Under the pieces are notes generated by a model that searched no databases, had not been told where the DNA came from, and saw only the letters and a list, made by a program, of their open reading frames with translations. 44,205 nucleotides of DNA, taken from an uncultured Lachnospiraceae bacterium. Lineage in GTDB: Bacteria; Bacillota; Clostridia; Lachnospirales; Lachnospiraceae. The position numbers and the translations under genes are program-made. The stretch covers positions 1 through 44,205 of the forward strand of contig CANRMH010000001.1 of the NCBI GenBank assembly GCA_947631695.1, read 5' to 3'. Position 1 is the stretch's first letter. Each line of letters begins with the position of its first letter. This document shows, one piece after another, positions 11,077 to 21,833 of this stretch.

Positions 11077-11445
11077 TTAGAAATTCAGCCCGGCTTCTCT
11101 CGCTGCGTCTGCCAACGCCCGAACTTTACCGTGATATATATAGCCGCCTCTGTCAAAGACAACGTCCTTAATGCCTTTTTCCAGCGCTCTCTCAGCAATG
11201 ACTTTTCCCACATATGCCGCCGCCTCAACATTGTTGGTCTTTTCCAGGTTCTCCTTCACATCCTTCTGAAGAGTGCAGGCAGAAACCAAAGTGCTTCCAA
11301 CTGTATCGTCAATGATCTGAGCATACATATGGTTATTGCTTCTGAATACGGCTAAACGCGGGCATTCCGGCGTACCGCTGAAACGGTTACGTATTTTTTT
11401 GTGCTTTTTCATACGAACTTCACTTCTCGTTTTTTTGCTAACCAT
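11077..11445 (-). CDS. rplR: 50S ribosomal protein L18
   Basis: [21 protein letters not shown]; ATG 11445. Confidence 0.98.
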   Translation of the reverse strand: MVSKKTRSEVRMKKHKKIRNRFSGTPECPRLAVFRSNNHMYAQIIDDTVGSTLVSACTLQKDVKENLEKTNNVEAAAYVGKVIAERALEKGIKDVVFDRGGYIYHGKVRALADAAREAGLNF

Positions 11446-11462
11446 TTTCACACTCTCCTTAT

Positions 11463-12005
11463 TTATTTCTTACCGGTCTTACCAACTTTGCGTCTGATCA
11501 CCTCATCGGCATACTTGATTCCTTTGCCCTTGTACGGCTCCGGTCTTCTCTTGTCTCTGATCTCAGCTGCGTACTGACCTACTTTTTCTTTATCGATTCC
11601 CTGAACGGTGATCTTATTCTGGCCTTCCAGGACCGTCTCCAGCCCTTCCGGGTCGATCATCTCCACCGGATGGGAATACCCCAGGTTCAGGGTGAGCTTG
11701 TTTCCGGATTTCGCGGCCCTGTAACCGACTCCGTTCACTTCAAGAACTTTCTTATATCCTTCCGTTACGCCGATCACCATGTTATTGATCAGCGTCCTTG
11801 TAAGACCGTGCAATGACTTCATCTTCTTCAGGTCATTTGGTCTTGTCACGACGATCGAATCGCCTTCCTGCTTAATTTCCATCTCTGTCGGAAGTTCCTT
11901 TGACAGAGTTCCCTTCGGACCTTTTACGGTCACTTTGTTGTTCTCAGCAATCTCAACAGTCACACCCGCCGGGATCGTAACCGGCAGTCTTCCTATACGT
12001 GACAT
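11463..12005 (-). CDS. rplF: 50S ribosomal protein L6
   Basis: [20 protein letters not shown]. Confidence 0.99.
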   Translation of the reverse strand: MSRIGRLPVTIPAGVTVEIAENNKVTVKGPKGTLSKELPTEMEIKQEGDSIVVTRPNDLKKMKSLHGLTRTLINNMVIGVTEGYKKVLEVNGVGYRAAKSGNKLTLNLGYSHPVEMIDPEGLETVLEGQNKITVQGIDKEKVGQYAAEIRDKRRPEPYKGKGIKYADEVIRRKVGKTGKK

Positions 12006-12083
12006 ACCTCGTTCCTCCTTAACTTAAATTTTCGGAGCAGAAATCTCTGGCTGCTCTGTTTTCAGTTTCCTGTTCTGACGGGG

Positions 12084-12485
12084 CTACCAGACAAAGCACA
12101 ATACTTCTCCGCCGACATTCAGCTTTCTCGCTTCCTTATCTGTGATCACACCCTGATTTGTTGAAATGATCGCGGTCCCAAGTCCGCCAAGCACTCTCGG
12201 CAGTTCCTCGCTTCCCGCATACACACGCAGACCCGGTTTGGAAATCCTCTTCAGGCCGGTAATTACTTTTTCGTTCTTATCTGCGCCGTACTTCAACGTT
12301 ACGCGGATCGTCTTAAATGTTCCGTCCTCTATAATGTCATATTTCGTGATATATCCTTCGTTTGCCAGAATATCCGCGATCGCGATCTTCATCTTTGATG
12401 CAGGCACATCTACTGTATCATGTTTCGCAGTATTTGCATTACGGATTCTTGTAAGCATATCTGCAATTGGATCACTCATAGTCAT
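12084..12485 (-). CDS. rpsH: 30S ribosomal protein S8
   Basis: [30 protein letters not shown]. Confidence 0.99.
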   Translation of the reverse strand: MTMSDPIADMLTRIRNANTAKHDTVDVPASKMKIAIADILANEGYITKYDIIEDGTFKTIRVTLKYGADKNEKVITGLKRISKPGLRVYAGSEELPRVLGGLGTAIISTNQGVITDKEARKLNVGGEVLCFVW

Positions 12486-12544
12486 TTATGTTTTACCTCC
12501 TTCTTCACTGTAATTCAACGATGGTTATGGCAGTTCTGCGATGC

Positions 12545-12730
12545 CTACCAACTGGCTTTCTTAACGCCGGGGATCTCTCCCTTGTATGCTAATTCACGGA
12601 AGCAAACACGGCAAACTCCATATTTTCTCAAATACGCATGCGGACGGCCGCAGATTTTGCAGCGGTTGTATTCCCTTGTGGAAAATTTCTGTTTGCGCTG
12701 CTGTTTGATCTTCATTGCTGTTTTAGCCAT
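12545..12730 (-). CDS. rpsN: 30S ribosomal protein S14, 61-aa Zn-binding type Z
   Basis: RCKICGRPH ... CRVCFRELA ... KKASW. Confidence 0.98.
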   Translation of the reverse strand: MAKTAMKIKQQRKQKFSTREYNRCKICGRPHAYLRKYGVCRVCFRELAYKGEIPGVKKASW

Positions 12731-12741
12731 AATCTACCTCC

Positions 12742-13281
12742 TTACTTCATAAACGGCATATTGAACTGTGCGAGCAGTTCCCGCGCCTCTTCGTCTGTCT
12801 TGGCTGTGGTTACAAAAACGACGTCCATGCCTCTCACCTTATCGACCTTATCGTACTCGATCTCCGGGAAGATGAGCTGCTCCTTGATGCCGAGCGCATA
12901 GTTTCCTCTTCCGTCAAACGCGTTCGGATTTACTCCTCTGAAGTCACGCACGCGGGGAAGCGCGAGATTGATCAGACGATCAACGAACTCATACATCTTT
13001 TCCCCTCTCAAGGTGACTTTACATCCGATGGACATTCCCTCTCTCAGCTTGAAGTTTGCAACCGACTTTTTCGCCTTACAAACAACCGCTTTCTGTCCCG
13101 CAATCGTTTCCATGTCGTTGACTGCGGACTCCAGCGCCTTAGCGTTATCCTTTGCCTCGCCGACTCCCATGTTGATCACAACTTTATCGAGTTTCGGCAC
13201 TTCCATAATATTCTTATATCCGAACTTTTTGATCAATGCGTCAACGATCTCGTTCTGATACTGTTCCTTCAGTCTACTCAA
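12742..13281 (-). CDS. rplE: 50S ribosomal protein L5
   Basis: [21 protein letters not shown]. Confidence 0.99.
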   Translation of the reverse strand: MSRLKEQYQNEIVDALIKKFGYKNIMEVPKLDKVVINMGVGEAKDNAKALESAVNDMETIAGQKAVVCKAKKSVANFKLREGMSIGCKVTLRGEKMYEFVDRLINLALPRVRDFRGVNPNAFDGRGNYALGIKEQLIFPEIEYDKVDKVRGMDVVFVTTAKTDEEARELLAQFNMPFMK

Positions 13282-13304
13282 AGTCCTGGACCTCCTTCCT
13301 CAAC

Positions 13305-13643
13305 TTAATCAATCACATCGCCCGTCTTCTTCACAACGCGGCGAACTTTTCTCTTTTTCCTGCCGTTTTCGTCCTCAACTGTCTCCACCTGAAAGCCGAG
13401 CCTTGCCGGCACGCCTTTGTGTACGTACATGACGTTGGAAATATGAATGGAGCCTTCCTGATGAACGATACCGCCGTTCTGGTTCGCCATGCTCGGTTTC
13501 GTATGTTTGGTCAGAATATTGACGCCCTCGACCACTACTCTTCCATTTTTACGGTCTACGGAAAGGACTTTGCCTTCTTTTCCTTTTTCCGCACCGGCAA
13601 TCACTTTCACAAGGTCGCCCTTCTTTATTTTTGTCGTTGCCAT
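13305..13643 (-). CDS. rplX: 50S ribosomal protein L24
   Basis: KOW motif IKKGDLVKVIAGAEKGKEGKV; IHISNV. Confidence 0.98.
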   Translation of the reverse strand: MATTKIKKGDLVKVIAGAEKGKEGKVLSVDRKNGRVVVEGVNILTKHTKPSMANQNGGIVHQEGSIHISNVMYVHKGVPARLGFQVETVEDENGRKKRKVRRVVKKTGDVID

Positions 13644-13661
13644 CTTATCTATCGCACCTCC

Positions 13662-14030
13662 TTAAAGTACTTCCGGAGCCAGAGAAACGATCTTCATAAA
13701 CTGCTTGTCACGAAGTTCTCTCGCCACCGGCCCGAAGATACGGGTTCCTCTTGGATTCTGGTCGTCTTTTATAATTACAGCTGCGTTCTCATCAAAGCGG
13801 ATATAGGATCCGTCTTTGCGCCTGGTACCCTTCACGGTACGTACGACTACAGCTTTTACTACATCGCCCTTTTTAACAACGCCGCCTGGTGTTGCATCTT
13901 TAACAGTCGCAACGATAACGTCGCCGATTCTTGCATATCTTCTGGTAGAACCGCCAAGCACACGGATGCAGAGCAATTCTTTCGCGCCTGTGTTATCTGC
14001 CACTTTCAGTCTGCTTTCTTGCTGTATCAT
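13662..14030 (-). CDS. rplN: 50S ribosomal protein L14
   Basis: [16 protein letters not shown] ... SLAPEVL. Confidence 0.99.
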   Translation of the reverse strand: MIQQESRLKVADNTGAKELLCIRVLGGSTRRYARIGDVIVATVKDATPGGVVKKGDVVKAVVVRTVKGTRRKDGSYIRFDENAAVIIKDDQNPRGTRIFGPVARELRDKQFMKIVSLAPEVL

Positions 14031-14049
14031 GCAGGTTTCCCTCCTTATA

Positions 14050-14304
14050 CTATTTCACTTTTTCCATGATTTCCACAAGTCTCCATCTCTTGTCCTTTGA
14101 CAGAGGCCTTGTTTCCATAACTCTTACCTTGTCACCGATATTGCACTCGTTTGCCTCATCGTGCGCCTTTAACTTATAAGTTCTTTTTACGATCTTCTTG
14201 TAAAGGGGATGTTTTACATGGTCCTCAACCGCAACAACGATCGTTTTATCCATCTTGTTGCTGATTACCTTGCCCACCCGTGTTTTTCTCAAATTTCTTT
14301 CCAC
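14050..14304 (-). CDS. rpsQ: 30S ribosomal protein S17
   Basis: [19 protein letters not shown]; GTG start. Confidence 0.98.
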   Translation of the reverse strand: MERNLRKTRVGKVISNKMDKTIVVAVEDHVKHPLYKKIVKRTYKLKAHDEANECNIGDKVRVMETRPLSKDKRWRLVEIMEKVK

Positions 14305-14324
14305 GACTTCTGCTCCTTTCCGGC

Positions 14325-14531
14325 CTATTCAGCTTTAGCCATCTCAGTAATCACTGTCTGGATTCTGGCGATATTTCTTCTTACTTCCTTGATCCTGCTC
14401 GTATTATCCAACTGATTCGTTGCATTCTGGAACCTCAGATTAAAGAGTTCCTTCTTAGCAGCTACTAATTCTTCATTCAGCTCTGCAGCTGATTTTGTCC
14501 TTAAATCTTCTACATATGGCTTAATTTTCAC
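14325..14531 (-). CDS. rpmC: 50S ribosomal protein L29
   Basis: [14 protein letters not shown] ... RRNIARIQT; likely GTG start at 14531 overlapping the rplP end. Confidence 0.96.
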   Translation of the reverse strand: MKIKPYVEDLRTKSAAELNEELVAAKKELFNLRFQNATNQLDNTSRIKEVRRNIARIQTVITEMAKAE

Positions 14532-14958
14532 TGTTATCACCGCCTTCTAAGTCTGTGCGAGAAACGATTTTACATTTACAGGGCAGTTTGTGAATCGCAA
14601 GACGGAGAGCTTCTCTTGCCACATTCTCAGGAACTCCCGCGATCTCAAACATCACGCGTCCCGGCTTCACGACCGCTACCCAGTATTCCAGGGTACCTTT
14701 ACCGGAACCCATACGTGTTTCAGCTGGTTTCGTAGTTACTGGCTTATCCGGAAAAATCTTGATCCAGACTTTCCCTCCACGCTTGATATAACGCGTCATG
14801 GCAACACGGGCCGCCTCGATCTGATTGGAGCGGATCCAGCATGGCTCTGTTGCAATAATACCGTATTCACCATATGAAAGTGTATTTCCGCGAAGAGCTT
14901 TTCCCTTCATGGAACCACGGAACTGTTTACGACGTTTTACTCTTTTTGGCATTAACAT
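14521..14958 (-). CDS. rplP: 50S ribosomal protein L16
   Basis: [15 protein letters not shown]. Confidence 0.99.
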   Translation of the reverse strand: MLMPKRVKRRKQFRGSMKGKALRGNTLSYGEYGIIATEPCWIRSNQIEAARVAMTRYIKRGGKVWIKIFPDKPVTTKPAETRMGSGKGTLEYWVAVVKPGRVMFEIAGVPENVAREALRLAIHKLPCKCKIVSRTDLEGGDNSEN

Positions 14959-15614
14959 TATTTATCGCTCCCTTCCTTTGCTGCCTTTTCCGGAAGAATC
15001 TCGCCTTTGTATACCCACACTTTTACTCCTACTTTTCCGTAGGTGGTGTCTGCCTCAGCGAATCCGTAGTCAATGTCTGCTCTCAGTGTCTGAAGCGGAA
15101 TCGTACCCTCGCTGTAGAACTCGGTACGAGCCATATCGGCGCCGCCGAGACGTCCGGACACAGAAGTCTTCACACCCAGCGCACCCGCCTTCATTGTTCT
15201 GGACATACAGGATTTCATCGCGCGGCGGAATGAGATACGGTTCTCAAGCTGCTGCGCAATATTCTCAGCCACAAGCTGAGCGTCCTTATCCGGCCTCTTG
15301 ATCTCCTTGACGTCCACTACAAGCTTTTTATTTGTAAATTTCACCAGTTCAGCTTTCACTTTCTCGATCTCGGAGCCGCCTTTTCCGATCACTACGCCCG
15401 GCTTCGCCGTGTAGATCGTGATCTTTATGCGATCCGACGCCCTCTCTATCTCAACTTTGGAGATACCGGCGCTGTATAATTTCTTTTTGAGAAATGTCCT
15501 GATCTCATGGTCTTCCACCAAATAATCCGCAAATTCTTTTTCCGCATACCATTTAGAGTCCCAATCCTTAATGATGCCGACTCTCAAGCCATGAGGATTA
15601 ACTTTCTGTCCCAT
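14958..15614 (-). CDS. rpsC: 30S ribosomal protein S3
   Basis: [22 protein letters not shown]. Confidence 0.99.
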   Translation of the reverse strand: MGQKVNPHGLRVGIIKDWDSKWYAEKEFADYLVEDHEIRTFLKKKLYSAGISKVEIERASDRIKITIYTAKPGVVIGKGGSEIEKVKAELVKFTNKKLVVDVKEIKRPDKDAQLVAENIAQQLENRISFRRAMKSCMSRTMKAGALGVKTSVSGRLGGADMARTEFYSEGTIPLQTLRADIDYGFAEADTTYGKVGVKVWVYKGEILPEKAAKEGSDK

Positions 15615-15625
15615 GATTACCCTCC

Positions 15626-16012
15626 TTATCTTTCATCAAGCACAAGTGTGATATGGCTCATTCTCTTCTCGATCCTGTAAGCCCGTCCCTGCGCTCTCGG
15701 TCTGATTCTCTTCATTGTTGGTCCTTTGTTTGCGTAAGCCTCTGCGATATAGAGATTCGCTGCATTCATACCATTGTTGTTCTCAGCGTTAGCAACTGCG
15801 GACTCCAGTAACTTCTTTATTAAACTTGAGGCGTATCTTGGGTTGTAAGTCAAAATACCAAGCGCCGTTTCTACATCTTTCCCTCTGATGGCATCCAATA
15901 CAAAGCATGCTTTCTGGACAGAAACTCTGGCATAAGATAATTTTGCTTTCGGCCTGGTGTCCTTATTAGCATTTCTTTCTCTCTTAATTTGGGATCTATG
16001 TCCTTTTGCCAT
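15626..16012 (-). CDS. rplV: 50S ribosomal protein L22, with N-terminal extension
   Basis: [17 protein letters not shown] ... SHITL. Confidence 0.98.
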   Translation of the reverse strand: MAKGHRSQIKRERNANKDTRPKAKLSYARVSVQKACFVLDAIRGKDVETALGILTYNPRYASSLIKKLLESAVANAENNNGMNAANLYIAEAYANKGPTMKRIRPRAQGRAYRIEKRMSHITLVLDER

Positions 16013-16043
16013 GGATGTACCCTCCTTTCAAATTCGCTGTTTT

Positions 16044-16325
16044 TTATCTGACTTTTGATTTCTTCTCATCTTTTCCATGTCCCCTGTACGTTCTGGTCGC
16101 AACAAACTCTCCCAGTTTGTGTCCGACCATGTCTTCCGTAACGTATACCGGAACATGCTTTCTCCCGTCATGGACGGCAATCGTATGCCCAACCATGCTT
16201 GGGAAGATCGTGGAACGACGAGACCATGTTTTAATAACTGACTTCTCGCCTGATGCGTTCATAGCATCTATCTTTTTAAGCAGACTGGCGTCTGCAAACG
16301 GTCCTTTTTTCAGTGAACGAGCCAT
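16044..16325 (-). CDS. rpsS: 30S ribosomal protein S19
   Basis: [23 protein letters not shown]. Confidence 0.99.
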   Translation of the reverse strand: MARSLKKGPFADASLLKKIDAMNASGEKSVIKTWSRRSTIFPSMVGHTIAVHDGRKHVPVYVTEDMVGHKLGEFVATRTYRGHGKDEKKSKVR

Positions 16326-16348
16326 GGTTCTACCTCCTTACAAATCTA

Positions 16349-17191
16349 TTATTTGATACCTCTGCCGTCGCGTCTTCTTATGATCATCTTATTGGACTGC
16401 TTGTTCTTCTTGCGGGTCTTCAGTCCAAGCGCCGGCTTGCCCCATGGAGTGCTCGGTCCCGGACGTCCGATTCCGGCCTTGCCTTCTCCACCGCCGTGCG
16501 GATGGTCGTTCGGGTTCATAACAGAACCGCGGACAGTCGGCCTTATACCCATGTGACGCTTGCGTCCCGCATTACCAATGTTGATCAGGTTGTGATCTCC
16601 GTTCCCCACAACTCCGACGGATGCGCGGCAAAGGATCGGAACCATTCTCATCTCTCCGGACGGAAGACGAAGAGTCGCATATTTTCCCTCTTTCGCCATC
16701 AGCTGAGCGCTGTTTCCCGCAGAACGCACCAGCTGTCCGCCTTTGCCCGGATGCAGCTCGATGTTATGGATCTGCGTACCTACCGGGATCTCGGACAGAG
16801 GAAGGCAGTTGCCCACTCTCACTTCCGCTTCCGGTCCGTTCATAACTTTCATTCCATCCTTCAATCCCTCCGGTGCAAGAATATAATTCTTCACACCGTC
16901 TGCGTAACAGATCAGGGCGATATTGGCCGTTCTGTTCGGATCGTACTCGATTCCGATCACAGTAGCCGGAATACCGTCTTTTCTTCTCTTGAAATCAATG
17001 ATCCTGTATTTCTGTTTTTCTCCGCCCCCGCGATGTCTAACTGTGATTTTACCCTGGTTATTACGTCCCGCCCGTTTGCTCTTTGGAGCCAACAGAGATT
17101 TCTCCGGGGATTTTTTGGTGATCTCCGCAAAATCAGATCCGGTCATCTGTCTTCTGGAAGGCGTATATGGGCGATATGTTTTAATTCCCAT
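16349..17191 (-). CDS. rplB: 50S ribosomal protein L2
   Basis: Starts MGIKTY at 17191; [21 protein letters not shown]. Confidence 0.99.
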   Translation of the reverse strand: MGIKTYRPYTPSRRQMTGSDFAEITKKSPEKSLLAPKSKRAGRNNQGKITVRHRGGGEKQKYRIIDFKRRKDGIPATVIGIEYDPNRTANIALICYADGVKNYILAPEGLKDGMKVMNGPEAEVRVGNCLPLSEIPVGTQIHNIELHPGKGGQLVRSAGNSAQLMAKEGKYATLRLPSGEMRMVPILCRASVGVVGNGDHNLINIGNAGRKRHMGIRPTVRGSVMNPNDHPHGGGEGKAGIGRPGPSTPWGKPALGLKTRKKNKQSNKMIIRRRDGRGIK

Positions 17192-17223
17192 GATTGCTTC
17201 TCCTTTCAATACTGTTTGTTATC

Positions 17224-17529
17224 TTACAGTCCCTCGAAAATCTCAATATCCGCGCTGTCCTTCGTCAGCTGAACGATCGCCTTCTTCGACTTTGCGGTCC
17301 AGCCGTATTTATAAGTTCCGCGCACTCTTTTTTTCTTGCCCTTGATATTCATGGTGTTTACGCTCTGCACTTTGGTTCCCGCAAACATTTTCTCGACAGC
17401 CTCTTTGATCTGGTTCTTTGTCGCGTCCGTGTGTACCAGGAACGTATATTTCTTATCCGCCATAAGTCCCATGCTTTTCTCGGTGACCACCGGCTTAAGG
17501 ATCACATCATAATATTGAACGTTAGCCAT
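17224..17529 (-). CDS. rplW: 50S ribosomal protein L23
   Basis: [14 protein letters not shown]. Confidence 0.98.
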   Translation of the reverse strand: MANVQYYDVILKPVVTEKSMGLMADKKYTFLVHTDATKNQIKEAVEKMFAGTKVQSVNTMNIKGKKKRVRGTYKYGWTAKSKKAIVQLTKDSADIEIFEGL

Positions 17530-18149
17530 TATGCGTACACCTCCTCAATACTGGCAACAGCAGCTTTCGTCGCGATCACTGTGTTGTACTTCAAAATATC
17601 GAATACGTTGATCGTATTTGTTCTGGCCGTCTTGACGTCCGCGATATTTCTCGCTGAAATCTCCGCGTTCGTATTGCCGTCCTCCAGCACGACCAACGCT
17701 TTGGATACCTCTAAATTCTTTAATATATTCGCAAATTTCTGAGTCTTGATCTCGTCCATTTTGATCTCGTCGATCACGATGAATTTCTTTTCTTCCACCT
17801 TTGCGGTGAGAGCGGATTTGAGAGCGGCTCTCTTTTCTTTTCTGTTCATTTTAAATGAATAATCTCTCGGTACCGGAGCAAATACTACTCCGCCGCCCGT
17901 CCACTGGGGAGCTCTCGTAGATCCCTGTCTCGCGTGGCCGGTCCCCTTCTGTCTCCACGGCTTTCTGCCGCCGCCGGATACTTCAGAGCGCGTTCTTGCT
18001 TTCTGAGTTCCCTGACGTCTATTTGCAAGCTGATTTACAACCGCCATGTGTACCAGATGCTCGTTTACTTCCACGCCAAACACGGCATCGTTCAGGTCGA
18101 TCGTACCAACTTCTTTACCTTCGATATTGTAAACTGCTACGTTTGCCAT
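17529..18149 (-). CDS. rplD: 50S ribosomal protein L4
   Basis: [15 protein letters not shown]. Confidence 0.99.
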   Translation of the reverse strand: MANVAVYNIEGKEVGTIDLNDAVFGVEVNEHLVHMAVVNQLANRRQGTQKARTRSEVSGGGRKPWRQKGTGHARQGSTRAPQWTGGGVVFAPVPRDYSFKMNRKEKRAALKSALTAKVEEKKFIVIDEIKMDEIKTQKFANILKNLEVSKALVVLEDGNTNAEISARNIADVKTARTNTINVFDILKYNTVIATKAAVASIEEVYA

Positions 18150-18179
18150 CTCTAGTGTTCCTCCTTTCTTCGTTAAAGC

Positions 18180-18860
18180 CTAAACCGTCTTCACTGTCTC
18201 TTTGATCGTTACCAAAGATTTCTTCGGCCCCGGTACGGAACCCTTTATCAGAAGCAGTCCCTTCTCTGCATCTACGCGGACAACTTCAAGGTTCTGAACG
18301 GTAACCTTCTTATTACCCATCTGTCCCGGCATCTTCTTTCCCTTGAATACCCTGCTCGGATCAGACGCCGCGCCGTTGGAACCCGCGTGACGGTGATACT
18401 TGGAACCATGAGTCATAGGCCCTCTATGCTGATTATGTCTCTTGATCGCTCCCTGGAAACCTTTTCCTTTTGAAACAGCCGTAGCGTCAACCTTATCTCC
18501 CACTTCAAAAATGTCAACCGTGATCTCCTGAGCCAGTTCATATTCATCCGCGTTGTCGAATTTGAATTCTCTCACGAATCTCTTTCCGTCAACGCCTGCT
18601 TTCGCAAAATGTCCCTGTTCCGCCTTTGTAAGGCCGTGGCGGTGAACGACTTCCTTCTTGCCGTTCTTGTCCTTATTGACGATTTTGGATTTCTTATCGC
18701 CGAATCCAACCTGTACTGCGCTGTAGCCGTCGTTGTCAACCGTCTTGATCTGCGTTACCACGCACGGTCCGGCCTGAAGTACGGTTACCGGCGTCAGCGT
18801 GCCGTCTTCGCTGAAGATTTGAGTCATTCCGACTTTGGTAGCTAAAATAGCTTTCTTCAT
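18180..18860 (-). CDS. rplC: 50S ribosomal protein L3
   Basis: Starts [14 protein letters not shown] at 18860 behind AGGAGGT; [14 protein letters not shown]. Confidence 0.98.
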   Translation of the reverse strand: MKKAILATKVGMTQIFSEDGTLTPVTVLQAGPCVVTQIKTVDNDGYSAVQVGFGDKKSKIVNKDKNGKKEVVHRHGLTKAEQGHFAKAGVDGKRFVREFKFDNADEYELAQEITVDIFEVGDKVDATAVSKGKGFQGAIKRHNQHRGPMTHGSKYHRHAGSNGAASDPSRVFKGKKMPGQMGNKKVTVQNLEVVRVDAEKGLLLIKGSVPGPKKSLVTIKETVKTV

Positions 18861-18934
18861 TATAATTACCTCCTGTGATTTACAGCGGAGCGCATGATGC
18901 GCGCTCATCCTAAATATTAGGAATTTACTGTGTC

Positions 18935-19252
18935 CTATTTGTTTTTCATTTTGATATCAATGTACACGCCCGCAGGCATCTCCAGCCTTGACAGTGCGTC
19001 GACTGTCTTCTGGGTCGGGGTGATGATATCGATCAGTCTCTTATGAGTCCTTTGCTCAAACTGTTCCCTGGAATCTTTGTACTTGTGAACCGCGCGCAGG
19101 ATCGTGATCACTTCCTTCTTTGTCGGAAGCGGCACCGGTCCGCTCACCTGTGATCCGTTCTTCTTAACAGTGTCGATGATTTTCTTCGCCGATACATCTA
19201 CCAACTGATGATCGTACGCCTTCAAAGTGATCCTCATTATTTGACTTGCCAT
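18935..19252 (-). CDS. rpsJ: 30S ribosomal protein S10
   Basis: [32 protein letters not shown]. Confidence 0.99.
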   Translation of the reverse strand: MASQIMRITLKAYDHQLVDVSAKKIIDTVKKNGSQVSGPVPLPTKKEVITILRAVHKYKDSREQFEQRTHKRLIDIITPTQKTVDALSRLEMPAGVYIDIKMKNK

Positions 19253-19530
19253 AAAAAAAGTCGCCTCCTTTTCGTACTTAAAACTTCAGTACGACAAGCG
19301 GTGACTGTACACTCTCCCGTGTGTGTCGTGAGAAACCCACACGCATATTCCTTCTACTGCTTCCCTGTAAGGACTTCTTACCGTTCCGGAAGGTTTCCTC
19401 TTTCTCAAGCGGCAGTGAAAGTAGCTCGTACAGTGACTTGTCGCCAGTTTCCTAACTTGACATTCGCTCCACGGAAAAACCTGCCACACAGGGCAGCAAC
19501 CTCTCGCTTCACAGCTATCAATGTCACAGC
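19253..19530 (-). ncRNA. Structured S10-operon 5' leader
   Basis: About 280 nt between promoter and rpsJ. The 5' part GTGAAGCGAGAGGTTGCTG...TTTCCGTGGAG resembles the Firmicute S10 leader as I recall it; a long-range stem joins 19443-19428 with 19310-19292. Confidence 0.65.
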
Positions 19531-19536
19531 TTTTAC

Positions 19537-19565
19537 AGTATATCTGATAAATCGGCGCTTTGCAA
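19537..19565 (-). promoter_or_regulatory. Sigma-A promoter of the S10 operon
   Basis: Minus strand TTGCAA, 17 nt, TATACT. Confidence 0.8.
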
Positions 19566-19633
19566 GTACTTTTTGCCATTTATTGCAGATTTTTTCCATC
19601 AGCCTTCCACCGCGTGCCTTTTTTTGCTTTCTC

Positions 19634-19771
19634 TCAATACCTGAGCTGTATCCCCTGCTCCTCGATCCAGTCCTCCAGCTCATCCTGGGAATCCGCCGCC
19701 CAGGTCTCGTTCAGTTCCTTCTTTTCCGGCTCTTTTTCCGGCTCCGGTTTCCTGTTCCTGTCCTCGCTCAT
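19634..19771 (-). CDS. Small acidic hypothetical protein, 45 aa (not in ORF track)
   Basis: MSEDRNRKPEPEKEPEKKELNETWAADSQDELEDWIEEQGIQLRY*; GAGGAGG RBS; G/C-ending codons like neighbouring genes; upstream promoter. Confidence 0.65.
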   Translation of the reverse strand: MSEDRNRKPEPEKEPEKKELNETWAADSQDELEDWIEEQGIQLRY

Positions 19772-19857
19772 CTCTTCAGGCCTCCTCATTCAATCGGAAA
19801 AGCGGCAGTTCCCCCTCCCGGGGAAACCGCCGTCGGTTCCTTTCCTATAACATGATC

Positions 19858-19886
19858 AATATAACATTTTTCCCTTCCCGCGTCAA
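19858..19886 (-). promoter_or_regulatory. Sigma-A promoter upstream of the 45-aa ORF
   Basis: Minus strand TTGACG, 17 nt, TATATT with TGn extension. Confidence 0.6.
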
Positions 19887-19899
19887 CCGGTGAAGCCCC

Positions 19900-19925
19900 T
19901 TTTTTCCCGCGCTTTTTTCCCGCGC
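19900..19925. repeat. Perfect 13-bp tandem direct repeat
   Basis: TTTTTTCCCGCGC twice (19900-19912, 19913-19925); partial third copy TTCCCGCG at 19875-19882. Confidence 0.8.
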
Positions 19926-19967
19926 CGATGAGGAGCTTCGATAAAGGGCCTTCTTCCTGCGAACTCC

Positions 19968-21170
19968 TTACGGCAGGCGGATCTCGAAATCGGCCAGCGG
20001 CACCGGCTCGGTGACCGTATCCGGCGTATCCCCCGCCCTTCCCGGGATCTCCGCGTGCAGGGTCAGGTCCTTCTGCCCTTCGTTCAGGAACATCGTATTC
20101 ACGAAGGCTCCTCCCGCCGCCTCATTCCATCCGGCGGTCTCCGCGACATAGCTTCCGCCATTCATCCAGAAGCAGACTCTCTCTAATCCGTCCTCCCCGG
20201 AGACGTCGTGATATTCTTCGTCCGAAATACCGGGAAGCTGCGCCTCCACCAGAAGTCCCGCCCGGGTCCTGATGATATCCCTGATATGAATGTCCGCCGC
20301 GGTCTGATCCACCGGGATCGTCTCATTGTAGCTCCTGTCCACGCTCACCGGGAACCGCAGGTTCCACGCCCCGGTCAGGGAACTCTCCTTCACGGTCTGC
20401 AGCTTGCCGGTCTCTTTTGCTTTCGCCCACACGCCATCGGTCGTCAGCCCGCTGATATCCACCGTGGCGACCAGGGTATCCATCGCCTGGTACGCGGGAT
20501 CGGAGATGAGCTGCGGGGACAGCATATGGATCTGGTTCATCAGCACATAGGAGCCGTCCTCCGTCTTCCGGAAGGAACCCACAGTGCCGCCCATATTATT
20601 TTCAAACGGATCGATCCCATCTACCCCGGCGTCCGCCCACGGGAGAATCTCTTCCGCCCCGTCAAGAGCGCTGTCTCCCGTCTCCAGCATCAGCGCATAG
20701 TAGAGGATGTATCCGTCGCAGTAGACGTCCGTCACGGAGATCTTCACGCCCTTATCCTCCGTCTCCGTCACATACCCTTCCTCGCCCGCGCGCTTCGCGA
20801 GTTCCTCCTCGATGGGCAGCGCGTACTCTCCGATCTTCACGAGGGTCTCCTCCTCGCCCAGCACATAGGCGCCGCTCTCCTTTTCTTCCTTCGCGATCTC
20901 AATCAGGCTTCCGAAGACCCTGCTGAACAGATCCTTCGCCAGCGCCGGGTTGACCATTCCCGTCACTCCTACGGCGACCGCCAGCGCCGCCGCGATCCCT
21001 GAAGCCGCTTTCCATGCGCGGCCTTTTCGATTCTCATGCTTCATTTCCCGCACCTCCTTCAAAATCTTCTGCTTCTGCGCTTCCTTCTCCCCGGAAGACA
21101 GTTCCTTCATCTCATACTCGCCGAAATCCGTCTCGACTTCATTCAACAGTCCATAAATATTCTTCTCCAT
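19968..21170 (-). CDS. Putative membrane-anchored anti-sigma factor (DUF4179-like)
   Basis: Short charged N-terminus, one TM (AASGIAAALAVAVGVTG), large acidic extracytoplasmic part (GVKISVTDVYCDG, GAWNLRFPV); 1 nt downstream of the ECF sigma gene. Confidence 0.75.
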   Translation of the reverse strand: MEKNIYGLLNEVETDFGEYEMKELSSGEKEAQKQKILKEVREMKHENRKGRAWKAASGIAAALAVAVGVTGMVNPALAKDLFSRVFGSLIEIAKEEKESGAYVLGEEETLVKIGEYALPIEEELAKRAGEEGYVTETEDKGVKISVTDVYCDGYILYYALMLETGDSALDGAEEILPWADAGVDGIDPFENNMGGTVGSFRKTEDGSYVLMNQIHMLSPQLISDPAYQAMDTLVATVDISGLTTDGVWAKAKETGKLQTVKESSLTGAWNLRFPVSVDRSYNETIPVDQTAADIHIRDIIRTRAGLLVEAQLPGISDEEYHDVSGEDGLERVCFWMNGGSYVAETAGWNEAAGGAFVNTMFLNEGQKDLTLHAEIPGRAGDTPDTVTEPVPLADFEIRLP

Positions 21171-21171
21171 T

Positions 21172-21723
21172 CTAAACGCCCCTTTCCCGCCGGTATTGTC
21201 TGCGAATCCTGTTTTTGCCCCTGGACAGCCGGTTGTAGATGACCTCTTTTTTCATCCCCGTCTCCTCGCTCACCTGATCCATGCTCATCCCTTCCACATA
21301 GAGCTTCCGGAACAGTTCCCGGTCCGGCGGACTCAGGCAGTACAGCATCGTCTCAACCTCCTCCGAGATCTCCCTCTCAAGGATCCCGGCCAGCGCCCGG
21401 TCCTCCCCGGAGACCTGCACGCCGTCGATCCCCACCGTCTCCAGTTCCTTCCGGTACTGTCTCAGATAGTCGATGCAGCGGTACCTGGCGACCGCCGCCG
21501 CCCAGTTTTTAAATGTCGTCCTGCTCTCATCAAACTGCGGGATATTCATCCAGATCTTCAGCAGCACGTCATTGAAACATTCCTCCTGCCGGTCCGGGAT
21601 CCGAAAAAGGTGCCTTCGGATGACGGACATCAAAAGTCCTCCGTACCGGTCGATCACATACAGGAGAGCATCCTCGTTATGCAATTGTAATTGCCGGATA
21701 AAATTGTGTTCCCCGATTCTCAT
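21172..21723 (-). CDS. ECF-family RNA polymerase sigma factor
   Basis: Region 2 (EECFNDVLLKIW, FKNWAAAVARYRCIDYLR) and region 4 (IYNRLSRGKNRIR); ATG 21723 behind GAGGAGG. Confidence 0.93.
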   Translation of the reverse strand: MRIGEHNFIRQLQLHNEDALLYVIDRYGGLLMSVIRRHLFRIPDRQEECFNDVLLKIWMNIPQFDESRTTFKNWAAAVARYRCIDYLRQYRKELETVGIDGVQVSGEDRALAGILEREISEEVETMLYCLSPPDRELFRKLYVEGMSMDQVSEETGMKKEVIYNRLSRGKNRIRRQYRRERGV

Positions 21724-21773
21724 AGGTTCCTCCTCTTTCAGACGCGCCTGCCTGTTTGGTTCTCTCACTTATT

Positions 21774-21802
21774 ATTACGGATCCGGGGATGTTTTTCTAT
21801 CA
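21774..21802 (-). promoter_or_regulatory. Candidate autoregulatory ECF promoter
   Basis: TGATAG, 17 nt, CGTAAT about 50 nt upstream of the sigma start; a CGT-led -10 is typical of Firmicute ECF promoters. Confidence 0.5.
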
Positions 21803-21833
21803 CAAATGAAAAAAAAGAAAAGGAACGATTTCC

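Noticed and set aside
19832-19844. 13-nt match GAAAGGAACCGAC shared with the nitroreductase RBS region (30813-30825)
   Set aside because: Mostly SD-like sequence with no flanking similarity; plausibly chance.
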